Part shown: positions 8,383 to 17,652 of the stretch, one piece after another | Position numbering within the stretch: the stretch's first letter is position 1 | Layout of the letters: each line of letters begins with the position of its first letter | From: Candidatus Nanoarchaeia archaeon | GTDB lineage: Archaea; Nanobdellota; Nanobdellia; SCGC-AAA011-G17; JACPNG01 | NCBI GenBank assembly: GCA_028714375.1 | Contig: JAQTMK010000001.1 | Span: 243,636 to 307,635, forward strand | Direction of reading: 5' to 3' | Length of the DNA: 64,000 nt | Notes under the pieces: generated by a model | Database searches by the model: none | The model's input: the letters and a program-made list of their open reading frames with translations, nothing else | What the model was told of the DNA's origin: nothing | Program-made: the position numbers and the translations under genes

Positions 8383-8979
8383 ATGAAACTAACAAAAGAA
8401 GAATTTGACAGATTTCAGGGAGAATTAAAAAAAATATCAATTTTAATGAATAAGGGAGAGATAACTAAACAAGAGATGGATAAGAGAGAAGAGGAGATCT
8501 TCCAAAAAATGCTTTCTTATGAAAATTATTTTGAATACGATAACCTCGAGGGTTATTATAGAAAAACAAAAAAGATTGTCCAAAGGCTTAGCAGAAAATC
8601 TGGAGATCAAAGAGTTATGCTTAAAATACATAGAGAGATCAATCATGAAAGAGAGCATGCAGAAGTCAATAAAAAATATAATCTGCCAACCACCTATTGT
8701 TTTTTTTATCATGAAAAAGAACTTAATAAAGATTATGGATTCCAAACTATGGTTCGTGTTAAAAATTGTTGTGAACTTACTAAAGAATGGAGTGAAGATT
8801 TACGATTTAAACATGATATTGATACTTTATGTGCCCCACAATCTATGAGCAAGGGGGATAAGGAAGATTTGATATTTCTAAAGGAATTAATCGCAGAGAA
8901 TAAGATTCTCAAAGATAATGAAAAAGAGGAACTGATTGAAACAATTAATAAACAGATAGAAAAATTTATAATTGTTTAG
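8383..8979 (+). CDS. Hypothetical charged protein
   Basis: 198 aa ORF starting immediately after the previous stop; no recognised domain. Confidence 0.5.
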   Translation: MKLTKEEFDRFQGELKKISILMNKGEITKQEMDKREEEIFQKMLSYENYFEYDNLEGYYRKTKKIVQRLSRKSGDQRVMLKIHREINHEREHAEVNKKYNLPTTYCFFYHEKELNKDYGFQTMVRVKNCCELTKEWSEDLRFKHDIDTLCAPQSMSKGDKEDLIFLKELIAENKILKDNEKEELIETINKQIEKFIIV

Positions 8980-8991
8980 TCTATCCCTATC

Positions 8992-9507
8992 GTGATGCTA
9001 CGATGCCCAAATTGTGGTTATCTCTTGGTGTTATTGCCTAAGCGAAATAAATACAAGTGTAGTAGGTGTGGTGGTTTATTTCCACAAAAAGAGATTGACA
9101 ACAAAGAGTTTAGAGAATGGGATGAAAGACAGAGACTACAAGATGTTGAAAACATAAAATCAGAGAAAAAGCCAAAAATAAAACTAAGTGAAGAAGAGAA
9201 GATTAAAAGAGCCAAGGAATCCAGAGAAAAGAACTACTACAAGAATCGGGATAAAATCTTAGTTAGGAAGAAGGAATATAGACGAGAAATAAAGGAACGG
9301 GAGAATGTAAGGAGAAAAGCCTACAGATATCAAGAAATTGAAAGGACAAGGCAATTATCCAGAATCCATTGGTTGAGGCAAAGGCAGAAGGCTTTAGCAC
9401 TAGGGTGGCTCAAAAACACAGAGGAGAAGGCTTATAATGCCAATATTTTCATTTCACCGCCCACTTCGTTACCTTACCATCTACTGAGTCAATTTTACCA
9501 AAATTAA
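8992..9507 (+). CDS. Zinc-ribbon protein with a highly charged K/R/E-rich region
   Basis: 171 aa; N-terminal CPNCG...CSRCGG zinc ribbon, then an RKKEYRREIKERENVRRKAYRYQE-type coiled/charged segment. Confidence 0.5.
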   Translation: MMLRCPNCGYLLVLLPKRNKYKCSRCGGLFPQKEIDNKEFREWDERQRLQDVENIKSEKKPKIKLSEEEKIKRAKESREKNYYKNRDKILVRKKEYRREIKERENVRRKAYRYQEIERTRQLSRIHWLRQRQKALALGWLKNTEEKAYNANIFISPPTSLPYHLLSQFYQN

Positions 9508-9905
9508 TCTACTACTTTTTTGCCTAAGCTTGAATTAAGTCCAGTCACAAAATAAGTTAAATCTATGGTTGATTTTAAATTTTTACCTTTCTTGTTTACA
9601 ATAAAATGAGATTTGATTTTTGAATCAATATCTTCTAAAATGTCTTCTTTTTGATCCCTGCTAGTACCATCTAATCCCTGGTAAGGTTCTGTTGTAATAA
9701 ATTCCAATTCTCCCTTAATGTTTTCAATAGCATCTAAAAATCCCCCTTTTGAAGATTTATAAACATAAATTGTAGCATAGGCTTCATTTTCATCAGACAG
9801 CCTTCCACACCAAATATTTCCAATCTCAAGAACATACGGAGAATTAACAGTCGGTTTCACTCTCTCGTTCACAATTCCTAGTCCACCCAATATCCTTTCT
9901 ACCAT
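9504..9905 (-). CDS. Hypothetical protein
   Basis: 133 aa ORF with no recognised motif. Confidence 0.45.
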   Translation of the reverse strand: MVERILGGLGIVNERVKPTVNSPYVLEIGNIWCGRLSDENEAYATIYVYKSSKGGFLDAIENIKGELEFITTEPYQGLDGTSRDQKEDILEDIDSKIKSHFIVNKKGKNLKSTIDLTYFVTGLNSSLGKKVVD

Positions 9906-9966
9906 ATTTTCTTTATGGAATTCTCATTTATAAACCTTTCGTTTTGTAACTACTAAAAAGAAATAA

Positions 9967-10305
9967 CTAAACCAACTTCAGATTCCTTGTAACAGAATCT
10001 ATTTTCTCATCCTCATCAGGACCAATACCAACACAGGTAATAGTTCCAGGTTCAACCTCAGTCCTGCCAGCGTCTTTAATTAAAGCAGTAACCAAACCAA
10101 CATCTTTAGCTAATTGATTATACTTCAATAAATCTTTAAGATTATCAGCTTTGAGAACAACTTTTTTCATGCCCTCTTTCTGCCAGTCATTAACTTTTTT
10201 CCTGTCTGATTTAAGAACAGCCTCAACAGAAGCATGACTGCACTGTGCACTCATCTTCCCTTTGCTTAATTTTAAATCATTTCTGACAATAATTGCTTGT
10301 TTCAT
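9967..10305 (-). CDS. pth2: Peptidyl-tRNA hydrolase, archaeal type (Pth2)
   Basis: MKQAIIVRNDLKLSKGKMSAQCSHASVEA...GLVTALIKDAGRTEVEPGTITCVGIGP is the Pth2 signature. The track ORF extends to 10434 only because it reads through the antisense of tRNA-Pro; the start is trimmed to M at 10305. Confidence 0.85.
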   Translation of the reverse strand: MKQAIIVRNDLKLSKGKMSAQCSHASVEAVLKSDRKKVNDWQKEGMKKVVLKADNLKDLLKYNQLAKDVGLVTALIKDAGRTEVEPGTITCVGIGPDEDEKIDSVTRNLKLV

Positions 10306-10358
10306 ATTATTCTTCAAGAAAAGCTTTATAAATACTTTGTGGTTGAAAACATCAAGAA

Positions 10359-10433
10359 GGGGCTGTGGTGTAGCCTGGTCCAGCATTAAAGGTTTGGGAC
10401 CTTTCGACCCAGGTTCGAATCCTGGCAGCCCCA
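10359..10433 (+). tRNA. tRNA-Pro (anticodon TGG)
   Basis: Acceptor GGGGCTG/CAGCCCC; T arm CCAGGTTCGAATCCTGG; anticodon stem AAAGG/CCTTT with loop TTTGGGA; discriminator A; no encoded CCA. Confidence 0.8.
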
Positions 10434-10480
10434 TTTCATAATAGAAACCTTTTTAAATGAAGTAAAAATCAATCTTTAAA

Positions 10481-10690
10481 ATGACAAAGAAAGTAGGATC
10501 AACAGGAAGATTTGGAGTAAGGTACGGAAGAAAGATAAGAAAGAGAGTTTTAGACATAGAAGTCAGACAAAAACAAAAACAAACCTGTCCTTACTGCAAG
10601 AAGAAACAAGTTAAGAGAATTGCATCTGGAATTTATAACTGTTCAAAATGCGGATCAAAATTCACAAGCAAGGCTTATGAGGTTGCATAA
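10481..10690 (+). CDS. rpl37ae: 50S ribosomal protein L37Ae
   Basis: 69 aa; GRFGVRYGRKIRKRV plus a CPYC...CSKCG zinc ribbon, typical of L37Ae. Confidence 0.88.
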   Translation: MTKKVGSTGRFGVRYGRKIRKRVLDIEVRQKQKQTCPYCKKKQVKRIASGIYNCSKCGSKFTSKAYEVA

Positions 10691-10692
10691 AC

Positions 10693-10848
10693 ATGGTTGC
10701 TAAAGAACAAGAAAAAACATACAAATGTTTGGATTGTGGAAAGCAGGTAAAATATGATTATGTAAGAAAAAAAATCAGATGCCCTTATTGTGGAAGTAAA
10801 ATTTTATACAAGGAAAGAAGTTTTAAAACAACTGTAATAGCAAGATAA
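10693..10848 (+). CDS. rpoP: DNA-directed RNA polymerase subunit P (Rpb12/RpoP)
   Basis: Not on the ORF track (51 aa). MVAKEQEKTYKCLDCGKQVKYDYVRKKIRCPYCGSKILYKERS carries the RpoP zinc ribbon (YxCxxCG...RCPxCGxKIL); it follows L37Ae as in many archaea. Confidence 0.75.
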   Translation: MVAKEQEKTYKCLDCGKQVKYDYVRKKIRCPYCGSKILYKERSFKTTVIAR

Positions 10849-10850
10849 AA

Positions 10851-11174
10851 ATGTCTTCAAAAAATCAAAAAGAGGTTCAGGAATTACAAATTCTAGAGCA
10901 AGGTCTACAAAATATTCTTATCCAGAAACAAACATTCCAGGCTCAGATGATCGAGATAGAAAATGCTTTGAAGGAATTAGAGCATTCAACTGGAGATTGT
11001 TATAAGATTGTTGGAAATATTATGATTAAATCTGATAAATCAACACTCATAAAAGATTTAAATGGCAAGAAGGAAATTATTGAACTAAGAATTAAGACTT
11101 TGGAAAAACAAGAATCAAAAACCAAAGAACAATTTCAGGAAAAACAAAAAGAGGCATTTAAAAACATAAAATGA
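10851..11174 (+). CDS. pfdB: Prefoldin beta subunit
   Basis: 107 aa coiled-coil protein; the order L37Ae-RpoP-prefoldin beta is conserved synteny in archaea. Confidence 0.8.
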   Translation: MSSKNQKEVQELQILEQGLQNILIQKQTFQAQMIEIENALKELEHSTGDCYKIVGNIMIKSDKSTLIKDLNGKKEIIELRIKTLEKQESKTKEQFQEKQKEAFKNIK

Positions 11175-11407
11175 TACCAGAAGCAATTGAATTGTTAAAT
11201 GAAATCTGTGAAGATCAAACAGTTCCAAAAAACATAAGGAGCAAGATTAAAAACACAGTTATTATTTTAAAAGAAGAAAAAGAAGATTCACTAAAAATAG
11301 ACCAGTCCTTACAAGAACTGGATGAATTATCTGATGATCCTAACCTTACAAGCTACACAAGGTCACAAATCTGGAATGTAGTAAGTATCTTAGAAAGCAT
11401 TAAATAA
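11171..11407 (+). CDS. Small conserved hypothetical protein, coupled to the prefoldin gene
   Basis: 78 aa; start overlaps the pfdB stop (ATGA). Confidence 0.5.
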   Translation: MIPEAIELLNEICEDQTVPKNIRSKIKNTVIILKEEKEDSLKIDQSLQELDELSDDPNLTSYTRSQIWNVVSILESIK

Positions 11408-11484
11408 TATGGATATTATCCAATAGAAATGTTTATATATAAAAATAAATTAATTTAAAACAATAAAACAAAGAGGCAAACAGA

Positions 11485-11877
11485 ATGGCGGTATTTTCAA
11501 AAATAAAGGACATCTTGTCCAAATCTACTGAATTTGACACAGATAATTACACAGAAGACTATCTAGAGATAGATACTTCTCAGGCTAAGACATCAAAGTC
11601 TAAAATCGTGGTAAGACCATTTACAATTACGGATTTCAATGATGTTAAACCAGCTTTGGATTGTCTAAGAGAAGGTTATACTATAGCCTTGATAAATATA
11701 AGGCCTTTAAAAGATAAAGATCTAGTTGAATTGAAAAGAGCAGTAAATAAAATCAAAAAGACCTGTGATGCTATTGACGGTGATATTGCAGGATTTAGCG
11801 ATGATTGGATTGTTGTAACTCCTTCATTTGCAAAAGTCCATAGAGGCGAAGAGATAAGCCAGGTTCAAGAGGAATGA
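11485..11877 (+). CDS. sepF: SepF-like cell-division protein (FtsZ membrane anchor)
   Basis: 130 aa; N-terminal amphipathic MAVFSKIKDIL, then ...KIVVRPFTITDFNDVKPALDCLREGYTIALINI...GDIAGFSDDWIVVTP, matching the SepF/DUF552 core. An ftsZ gene is present in the window. Confidence 0.6.
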   Translation: MAVFSKIKDILSKSTEFDTDNYTEDYLEIDTSQAKTSKSKIVVRPFTITDFNDVKPALDCLREGYTIALINIRPLKDKDLVELKRAVNKIKKTCDAIDGDIAGFSDDWIVVTPSFAKVHRGEEISQVQEE

Positions 11878-11891
11878 TCTTTTTCTAAAAG

Positions 11892-12071
11892 ATGGGTGAA
11901 TTGCCTCAATTTACAAAAGAAGAACAAGTCATGTTTGGCTTAAAGTTAATTAATCTAATCAGAAAAAGAAGTACGATTGCTTCTCCAAAACCAAAAAAGG
12001 CCCTGGAAGAAAGAATTTCAAAAGCCAGAGAAGAAATGACAGCAACTCTAAAAGAAAACGGATATTTATAA
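11892..12071 (+). CDS. Small hypothetical protein (59 aa)
   Basis: Not on the ORF track (59 aa, below its cutoff). ATG at 11892 to TAA at 12069-12071, between sepF and the ABC ATPase. Confidence 0.3.
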   Translation: MGELPQFTKEEQVMFGLKLINLIRKRSTIASPKPKKALEERISKAREEMTATLKENGYL

Positions 12072-12107
12072 AAAACTTTAAATACACTTATTTTTTATTT
12101 ATTCTAA

Positions 12108-12827
12108 ATGGGTAAAGCAGTAATAGAACTTCGTGATGTATGGAAAACCTATGTTATGGATGAGGTTAAGGTTAATGCGTTGCGTGGTTTAAATCTTCAG
12201 GTTGAAAAAGGGGAATTTTTAGGAATTCTTGGTAAATCCGGAAGCGGAAAATCAACAGCCATGAATATGATAGGCTCTCTGGATGTTCCTTCAAAAGGTT
12301 CTGTTTATCTTGATGGAATTAATATTTCCAGTTTATCAGAATCTGACCTTGCACAACTAAGAGGAAGAAAGATTGGATTTATTTTTCAGACCTTTAATTT
12401 GATTCCAAGTTTAACAACGCTCCAGAATGTAATGCTCCCTATGATGTTTCAGGATAAACCATATCCAGAAAGAGAAAGAATCGCTAAAGATATCCTCACA
12501 AGATTAGGAATGGCTCCACGTCTCGATCATGTTCCTGGAAAACTTTCAGGTGGAGAAAGACAAAGAGTTGCAATTGCCAGAGCCTTGGTTAATAATCCCG
12601 AAATGATCCTGGCAGATGAGCCAACCGGAAACTTAGATTCAAAAACCGGTCAGGAAGTAGTCCAGATACTAAAGGAATTAAACCAGAAAGATAAAAAAAC
12701 AATTGTTATAGTTACTCACGACGAATCACTGGTAAAAATATGTGATAGAATATGTTATCTAAAGGATGGGGAAATAATCAAAGAATTTAAAAAGGGAGAA
12801 AAATTAATTTTAGATACGTTAAGATGA
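12108..12827 (+). CDS. ABC transporter ATP-binding protein (MacB/LolD-like)
   Basis: Walker [13 protein letters not shown] signature [15 protein letters not shown], Walker [12 protein letters not shown]. Confidence 0.9.
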   Translation: MGKAVIELRDVWKTYVMDEVKVNALRGLNLQVEKGEFLGILGKSGSGKSTAMNMIGSLDVPSKGSVYLDGINISSLSESDLAQLRGRKIGFIFQTFNLIPSLTTLQNVMLPMMFQDKPYPERERIAKDILTRLGMAPRLDHVPGKLSGGERQRVAIARALVNNPEMILADEPTGNLDSKTGQEVVQILKELNQKDKKTIVIVTHDESLVKICDRICYLKDGEIIKEFKKGEKLILDTLR

Positions 12828-14194
12828 AAAGAGGAATTTATATTTTAATGCTGATTTTAATGTCCACGTTTTCATTAGCTTATACTACATTATTACAAGG
12901 GGGGAATATATCCCAGACTACTGGGGTAGATGCTTATGATACTTTTTCAGCAACAGCTTTAAGATATGAACCCTATCCGCTAAGACCTGGAGATAATTTT
13001 GAAGTCTGGTTAAGCGTAAAAAATCTTGGAAGTTCCACATCTAAAAATGTAGAAGTTGAACTTATTCAGGATGGCCCATTTAAATCAAGTTATGAAAGTA
13101 ATATAGTAGTGTCAGAAATACCACAATACCAAGAAGCAGTTTTTAATTTTAAGAAAATACAGATTAGCTCAGATCTTATGGAGGGTACTTATGATCTTAA
13201 GTTCAGGATTTATCACAATGGGTACTATGGAGAATACCAGACAATTTATGTTCCAATTTCAATAAGGGCAGTATACCCAATCATAGAATTAAAGGCTTAT
13301 TCAGATCCAGAATATCTTGAGCAGGGATCTAAAGGTAAATTAATTTTAGAGTTAAAAACAACAGAAGATTTATTGATGAAAGAAGTATCTGTTAATTTAA
13401 ATTTGCCTTCTTCATTTATTCCAATCGGTTCAACAACAGAAAAAAAGATCTCAACATTAAGTCCCGGTCAAACTTATAAACTAATTTTTGAAGTAATGCC
13501 TCTTTCAGATGCAGAATCAAAACCATATTCAATACCATTTGTTTTAAATTATTTTGACGAAGCAGGAATAAATCAAAACAAGACAGATTACTTTGGTGTT
13601 TTGGTCCAGAAACCAATTGATTATGAATTAAATCTTGAAGAAACAGATAATTTTGTCAGAGGAAAAACAGGAAAAGTTGTCTTATCAGTTTCAAACGTTG
13701 GTCCTACAGAAATTAAATATATGACCATGGAAATTTTGCCTTCTGAAGACTATGAAGTTATTGGAAACTCAAAGACATATTTAGGAAACTTGGAAGCAGA
13801 TGATTTTGAGTCTGGCCAGTTTACAATCAATGCTCAAGAGAGCAAAGAAATTAAATTAAGGGTTGAACTCAGATACAAAGACGGATTCAATAAAGATTAT
13901 TCTGAAATAAAAGAGATTCCATTAAGGATCTATTCTAACTCTGAGTTAAAAGTTTATGGATTGAGTGGAAGCAACGGAAACCCAATAATCTCATTTATAT
14001 TTATAATAATTGTAATTTTACTTGTTTACTGGACTTACAAAGCATGGAGAGAATTTAAGGATATAGGAAAAGCAGTAAAGATTGCATTCAGAAAATTATT
14101 AAAATTAATATTAAATCTCATTTCAAAATTAAGATGGAGTTATATTAAAAGAATTCCAAGAAAGATTAAGTTGTATATTCAATCACAATCATAA
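12824..14194 (+). CDS. Extracytoplasmic beta-rich protein with a C-terminal TM anchor (CARDB/DUF11-like), ABC-locus component
   Basis: 456 aa; signal peptide, repeated beta-strand-rich segments, C-terminal hydrophobic ISFIFIIIVILLVYW; coupled to the ABC ATPase and permeases. Confidence 0.6.
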   Translation: MKRGIYILMLILMSTFSLAYTTLLQGGNISQTTGVDAYDTFSATALRYEPYPLRPGDNFEVWLSVKNLGSSTSKNVEVELIQDGPFKSSYESNIVVSEIPQYQEAVFNFKKIQISSDLMEGTYDLKFRIYHNGYYGEYQTIYVPISIRAVYPIIELKAYSDPEYLEQGSKGKLILELKTTEDLLMKEVSVNLNLPSSFIPIGSTTEKKISTLSPGQTYKLIFEVMPLSDAESKPYSIPFVLNYFDEAGINQNKTDYFGVLVQKPIDYELNLEETDNFVRGKTGKVVLSVSNVGPTEIKYMTMEILPSEDYEVIGNSKTYLGNLEADDFESGQFTINAQESKEIKLRVELRYKDGFNKDYSEIKEIPLRIYSNSELKVYGLSGSNGNPIISFIFIIIVILLVYWTYKAWREFKDIGKAVKIAFRKLLKLILNLISKLRWSYIKRIPRKIKLYIQSQS

Positions 14195-15372
14195 TGATTA
14201 AAGATTATCTCACTCTAGCGGTTAAGAATATTCGGCATCGAAGTTTAAGGTCATGGTTAACAGTCATAGGTATAATTATTGGTATTGCTTCTATAGTTGC
14301 TTTAATTTCTGTATCCCAGGGTTTGGAAAATGCAATAAAAGTTCAGTTTGAACAGATGGGCTCAGATAAGTTGTATGTTATGGGAAACTCCGTGAGTGGT
14401 ATATCTGAATACCTTACCAACGATGATGTAGAATTAATGGATGGTATGGCAGAAATAGAATGGGTTAGCCCCTATATTATGGTCAGTGATACTGTTGAAT
14501 ACGGGAACTATAAGGGATTTATGAGTTATGTTCTTGGAGTTGATCCAGACCCTTTCAAAAAAACAATGGATGAATCTGGGTATGAACTCATAGAGGGAAG
14601 ATATCTTGAACCAAATGAAAAAAACTCAGTTGTGATTGGTTATAGAATATCAAAAGATTTTTACGACAAAGAGGTCCATGTAAACAACCAACTCATAATA
14701 AAAGATACAAAAATAAAAGTTGTCGGTGTTATGGATGAGGTTGGAAATCCTCAAGATGATTCTCAAATTTATATGAATATTGAAGACATAAGAACCCTCT
14801 TTAATAAAACTACAGAAGTAACAATGATCCAAGCAAAAGTTAAGCCCGGATATGATATAAATGTTGTTGCTGACAAGGTAACAGACAAACTAGAAAAACA
14901 AAAAGAAGAAAAAGAAAGTTTTATAGTCTCAACCCCCGAGCAATTATTGTCTCAGTTTGGAGATATTTTAATGCTGGTTCAGATTATACTTGGAGGGATT
15001 GCATCAATTTCTCTTTTGGTTGGGGGGGTTGGTATAATGAACTCAATGTACACTGCAGTATTGCAGAGAACAAGGGAAATTGGCGTAATGAAATCAATTG
15101 GTGCAACAAACAAGACAATATCATTACTTTTTTTGATTGAAGGCTCATTGTTTGGTTTGGTTGGAGGCTTACTTGGGATTGGGTTAGGAACCTTGATTGC
15201 TTACTTTGTAAAGTATGCTGCAGAGTTTGCAGGATATAGTATATTAGCTATAAAAATTAATGTTCCAATGTTATTATTTGTCTTATTGTTTGCAGTTGGA
15301 GTAGGATTAATATCAAGTTGGTTGCCAGCAAGAAGAGCTGTAAAAATGAAACCAGTAGAGGCACTAAGATGA
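14194..15372 (+). CDS. ABC transporter permease, FtsX/MacB-like
   Basis: 392 aa; N-terminal TM, large periplasmic-type domain, C-terminal 3-TM FtsX module (GGIASISLLVGGVGIMNSMYTAVLQRTREIGVMKSIGAT). Confidence 0.85.
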   Translation: MIKDYLTLAVKNIRHRSLRSWLTVIGIIIGIASIVALISVSQGLENAIKVQFEQMGSDKLYVMGNSVSGISEYLTNDDVELMDGMAEIEWVSPYIMVSDTVEYGNYKGFMSYVLGVDPDPFKKTMDESGYELIEGRYLEPNEKNSVVIGYRISKDFYDKEVHVNNQLIIKDTKIKVVGVMDEVGNPQDDSQIYMNIEDIRTLFNKTTEVTMIQAKVKPGYDINVVADKVTDKLEKQKEEKESFIVSTPEQLLSQFGDILMLVQIILGGIASISLLVGGVGIMNSMYTAVLQRTREIGVMKSIGATNKTISLLFLIEGSLFGLVGGLLGIGLGTLIAYFVKYAAEFAGYSILAIKINVPMLLFVLLFAVGVGLISSWLPARRAVKMKPVEALR

Positions 15373-16550
15373 TAAGAGACTATTTGACATTGATATGGAA
15401 AAATATCTTACACAAAAAAATAAGGTCATGGTTAACTGTTATCGGAGTTATAATTGGTATTGCAGCAATAGTCTCCTTAATTGCTTTAGGCCAGGGTCTT
15501 CAATCTGGTGTTGAAGAACAATTTTCAAGATTAGGAACCTCCAATCTTAGAATTGTTCCAAAAGGATTGATGGGTCCACCTGAAAAAGCTGATGTCCTGA
15601 CCGAAGATGACGTGAAAGTTTGTGAAAATGTTATCGGTGTTGATTATGTTACTCCCATGTTGGCTAAATCCATAAAAGTCAGTTATAATAATGAGGATAA
15701 GTTTAGCACAATTTATTCTATCCCATCTGATCAGGGTGAAAAAGGTCTTGCAAATTATGATGTTACTTGTGAGAAAGGTCGACCATTTAAAGATGGTGAA
15801 ACTAACGTGGTGATGATTGGCTACACCTTTGCCAACGATTTTTTTAAAAAAGAATTAATGTTAGGAAACAAAATTGAAATTGGAAATGATACATTTAAAG
15901 TAATTTGTATTTTTGGTAAGACTGGGAGCATAGATAGTAATGTTTATATCCCCCTTGAAAAAGCAAGAACAACTTTTTCTGAACCAAAAGGAGTAAGTGC
16001 AATAGTTGTATATGCTTTAGATGGGGTTGACATAGATGAACTTGGTAAAAAAGTTGAAAGAGATCTTAAAAAATCAAGAGATGATGAACTGTTTGAAATT
16101 TATACACCAAAACAATTATTGGAACAAGTTAACTCAATCTTAGGAATTGTCCAAATTATTTTGGTTGGGATTGCTTCAATTTCATTATTAGTTGGGGGGA
16201 TTGGAATAATGAATGCTATGTTTACTAGTGTTTTGGAAAGAACTACTGAAATTGGAACTATGAAAGCAATCGGAGCAACAAACAAAAATATCTTATCATT
16301 GTTTTTGATTGAATCTGGTTCAATCGGTTTAGTAGGGGGGATTTTTGGTGTAACCCTTGGATCATTACTTGCATACTCAGTAGAATTTATTGCCTCTCAG
16401 TTTGGATTTGGTTTGATAAGCATATCAGTAAGCCCGGTCTTGATTTTCTTTGCTTTAGCATTTTCATTCTTGATCGGGGTAGTATCAGGGATTGTTCCGG
16501 CAATAAGAGCTTCTAAATTAGTCCCTGTTGAAGCATTGAGATATGAATAA
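15369..16550 (+). CDS. ABC transporter permease, FtsX/MacB-like (second copy)
   Basis: Paralogue of the previous gene (GIASISLLVGGIGIMNAMFTSVLERTTEIGTMKAIGAT). Start trimmed to ATG 15369, which overlaps the upstream stop. Confidence 0.85.
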   Translation: MIRDYLTLIWKNILHKKIRSWLTVIGVIIGIAAIVSLIALGQGLQSGVEEQFSRLGTSNLRIVPKGLMGPPEKADVLTEDDVKVCENVIGVDYVTPMLAKSIKVSYNNEDKFSTIYSIPSDQGEKGLANYDVTCEKGRPFKDGETNVVMIGYTFANDFFKKELMLGNKIEIGNDTFKVICIFGKTGSIDSNVYIPLEKARTTFSEPKGVSAIVVYALDGVDIDELGKKVERDLKKSRDDELFEIYTPKQLLEQVNSILGIVQIILVGIASISLLVGGIGIMNAMFTSVLERTTEIGTMKAIGATNKNILSLFLIESGSIGLVGGIFGVTLGSLLAYSVEFIASQFGFGLISISVSPVLIFFALAFSFLIGVVSGIVPAIRASKLVPVEALRYE

Positions 16551-17012
16551 TTAATCACTGCAGTTCCAAACTCCTAGATTGTTCTTAATTGCATAAATTT
16601 CAAGTTTTTTTAGTTCAGCATATTTTCTTGTGTCTTCCTTATATTTATCGAAGACCTTAGCATATCCTTCTCTAACCATAACTCCATTGACTAAAATATC
16701 ATCAACATAAACATATCTTAAATATCGATTGTACTTATCTATATTCGTGTAATCCATCTCGATGTAAACATCTTTATTTAGAATTAATTCAGCCAATCTA
16801 TCTTTGGCCTCCTTATAATAACATTTTTTCTTTTCCGGAGTATTTATCCCAGAAAATCTTATCCTATAGCTATTGTTCAAATCCGCTGTGTCCCCATCAA
16901 TGGTTTTAATAACTTTAAATGGACCCTCTCTCTGATAGTCTGATTCTTTTTCGTAGACAGTCTGACTGCAACCAATAAAAAATATGATTAATATCAAACA
17001 AATTATTTTCAT
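16551..17012 (-). CDS. Secreted thermonuclease (SNase-like) lipoprotein
   Basis: Lipoprotein-type signal peptide with Cys (MKIICLILIIFFIGCSQ). DGDT...RFSGINTPE...YNRYLRYVY...NGVMVREGYA matches the staphylococcal nuclease fold motifs. Confidence 0.7.
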   Translation of the reverse strand: MKIICLILIIFFIGCSQTVYEKESDYQREGPFKVIKTIDGDTADLNNSYRIRFSGINTPEKKKCYYKEAKDRLAELILNKDVYIEMDYTNIDKYNRYLRYVYVDDILVNGVMVREGYAKVFDKYKEDTRKYAELKKLEIYAIKNNLGVWNCSD

Positions 17013-17063
17013 AAATCTAGTCTTAATCTTCGAATTAAAAACTTAACTAAGAATTTTCCGGAA

Positions 17064-17606
17064 TTATTTCAGGAATCTTACTTTATTTTTGGTTACAACA
17101 ATGTTTGGGATTATAAGTATATTTTCCCCATGCTTTAATTGAGTTTCAAACAACCCAATCTTGATAACTTTCCCTTCAAATTCCCTTATCCCCACTTCCT
17201 GCCCTTCTTTTATTATTTTTTTGATTTTAATCTTTATTCCAGCAAAAAAGTTTGGAACAATATCCATTAAATTGATAAATGATAAATATAACAAGAATAA
17301 TATCCCTAAAATTAATACAACAATAATAACAATTCTGTTTAGTTGTAGCTGTTTCATGGCAAATAAAATCGTAAGAACATAAACCACATATCTGGTAATC
17401 AAAACCACTTTGTTTTCCAGCTTTAACCTTATCTTTGTTTGTTCTTTTACAACACTATCTACCTCTAAATTCCTTAAGACTCCCCTTAATAAATTGCTTA
17501 AAACCCTCCCAAGTAGATATCCTAAGAACAATATAACTATTGCAGAAGTTACTCTGACAATGATTTCAGACTGGCTTATGTTCAAAGTTGCAATGTCAAA
17601 CATCAA
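17064..17606 (-). CDS. Small-conductance mechanosensitive channel (MscS-like)
   Basis: 180 aa; three N-terminal TM helices, then a beta-domain (GQEVGIREFEGKVIKIGLFETQLKHGENILIIPN) typical of MscS. Confidence 0.65.
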   Translation of the reverse strand: MMFDIATLNISQSEIIVRVTSAIVILFLGYLLGRVLSNLLRGVLRNLEVDSVVKEQTKIRLKLENKVVLITRYVVYVLTILFAMKQLQLNRIVIIVVLILGILFLLYLSFINLMDIVPNFFAGIKIKIKKIIKEGQEVGIREFEGKVIKIGLFETQLKHGENILIIPNIVVTKNKVRFLK

Positions 17607-17652
17607 AATAAATAAGAGAAAACTATTTAAAAAATTTTGCTAATTAAATAAT

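Noticed and set aside
8443-8848. Overlapping ORFs 8443-8745 (-) and 8519-8848 (+) inside the 8383-8979 gene
   Set aside because: Alternative-frame ORFs inside a longer ORF in AT-rich DNA; no motifs; treated as artefacts.
9967-10434. Full 155-aa extent of the Pth2 ORF on the track
   Set aside because: The N-terminal 43 codons (MGLPGFEPGSKGPKPL...) are the antisense of tRNA-Pro. Pth2 homology begins at the internal Met, so the CDS was trimmed to 9967-10305.
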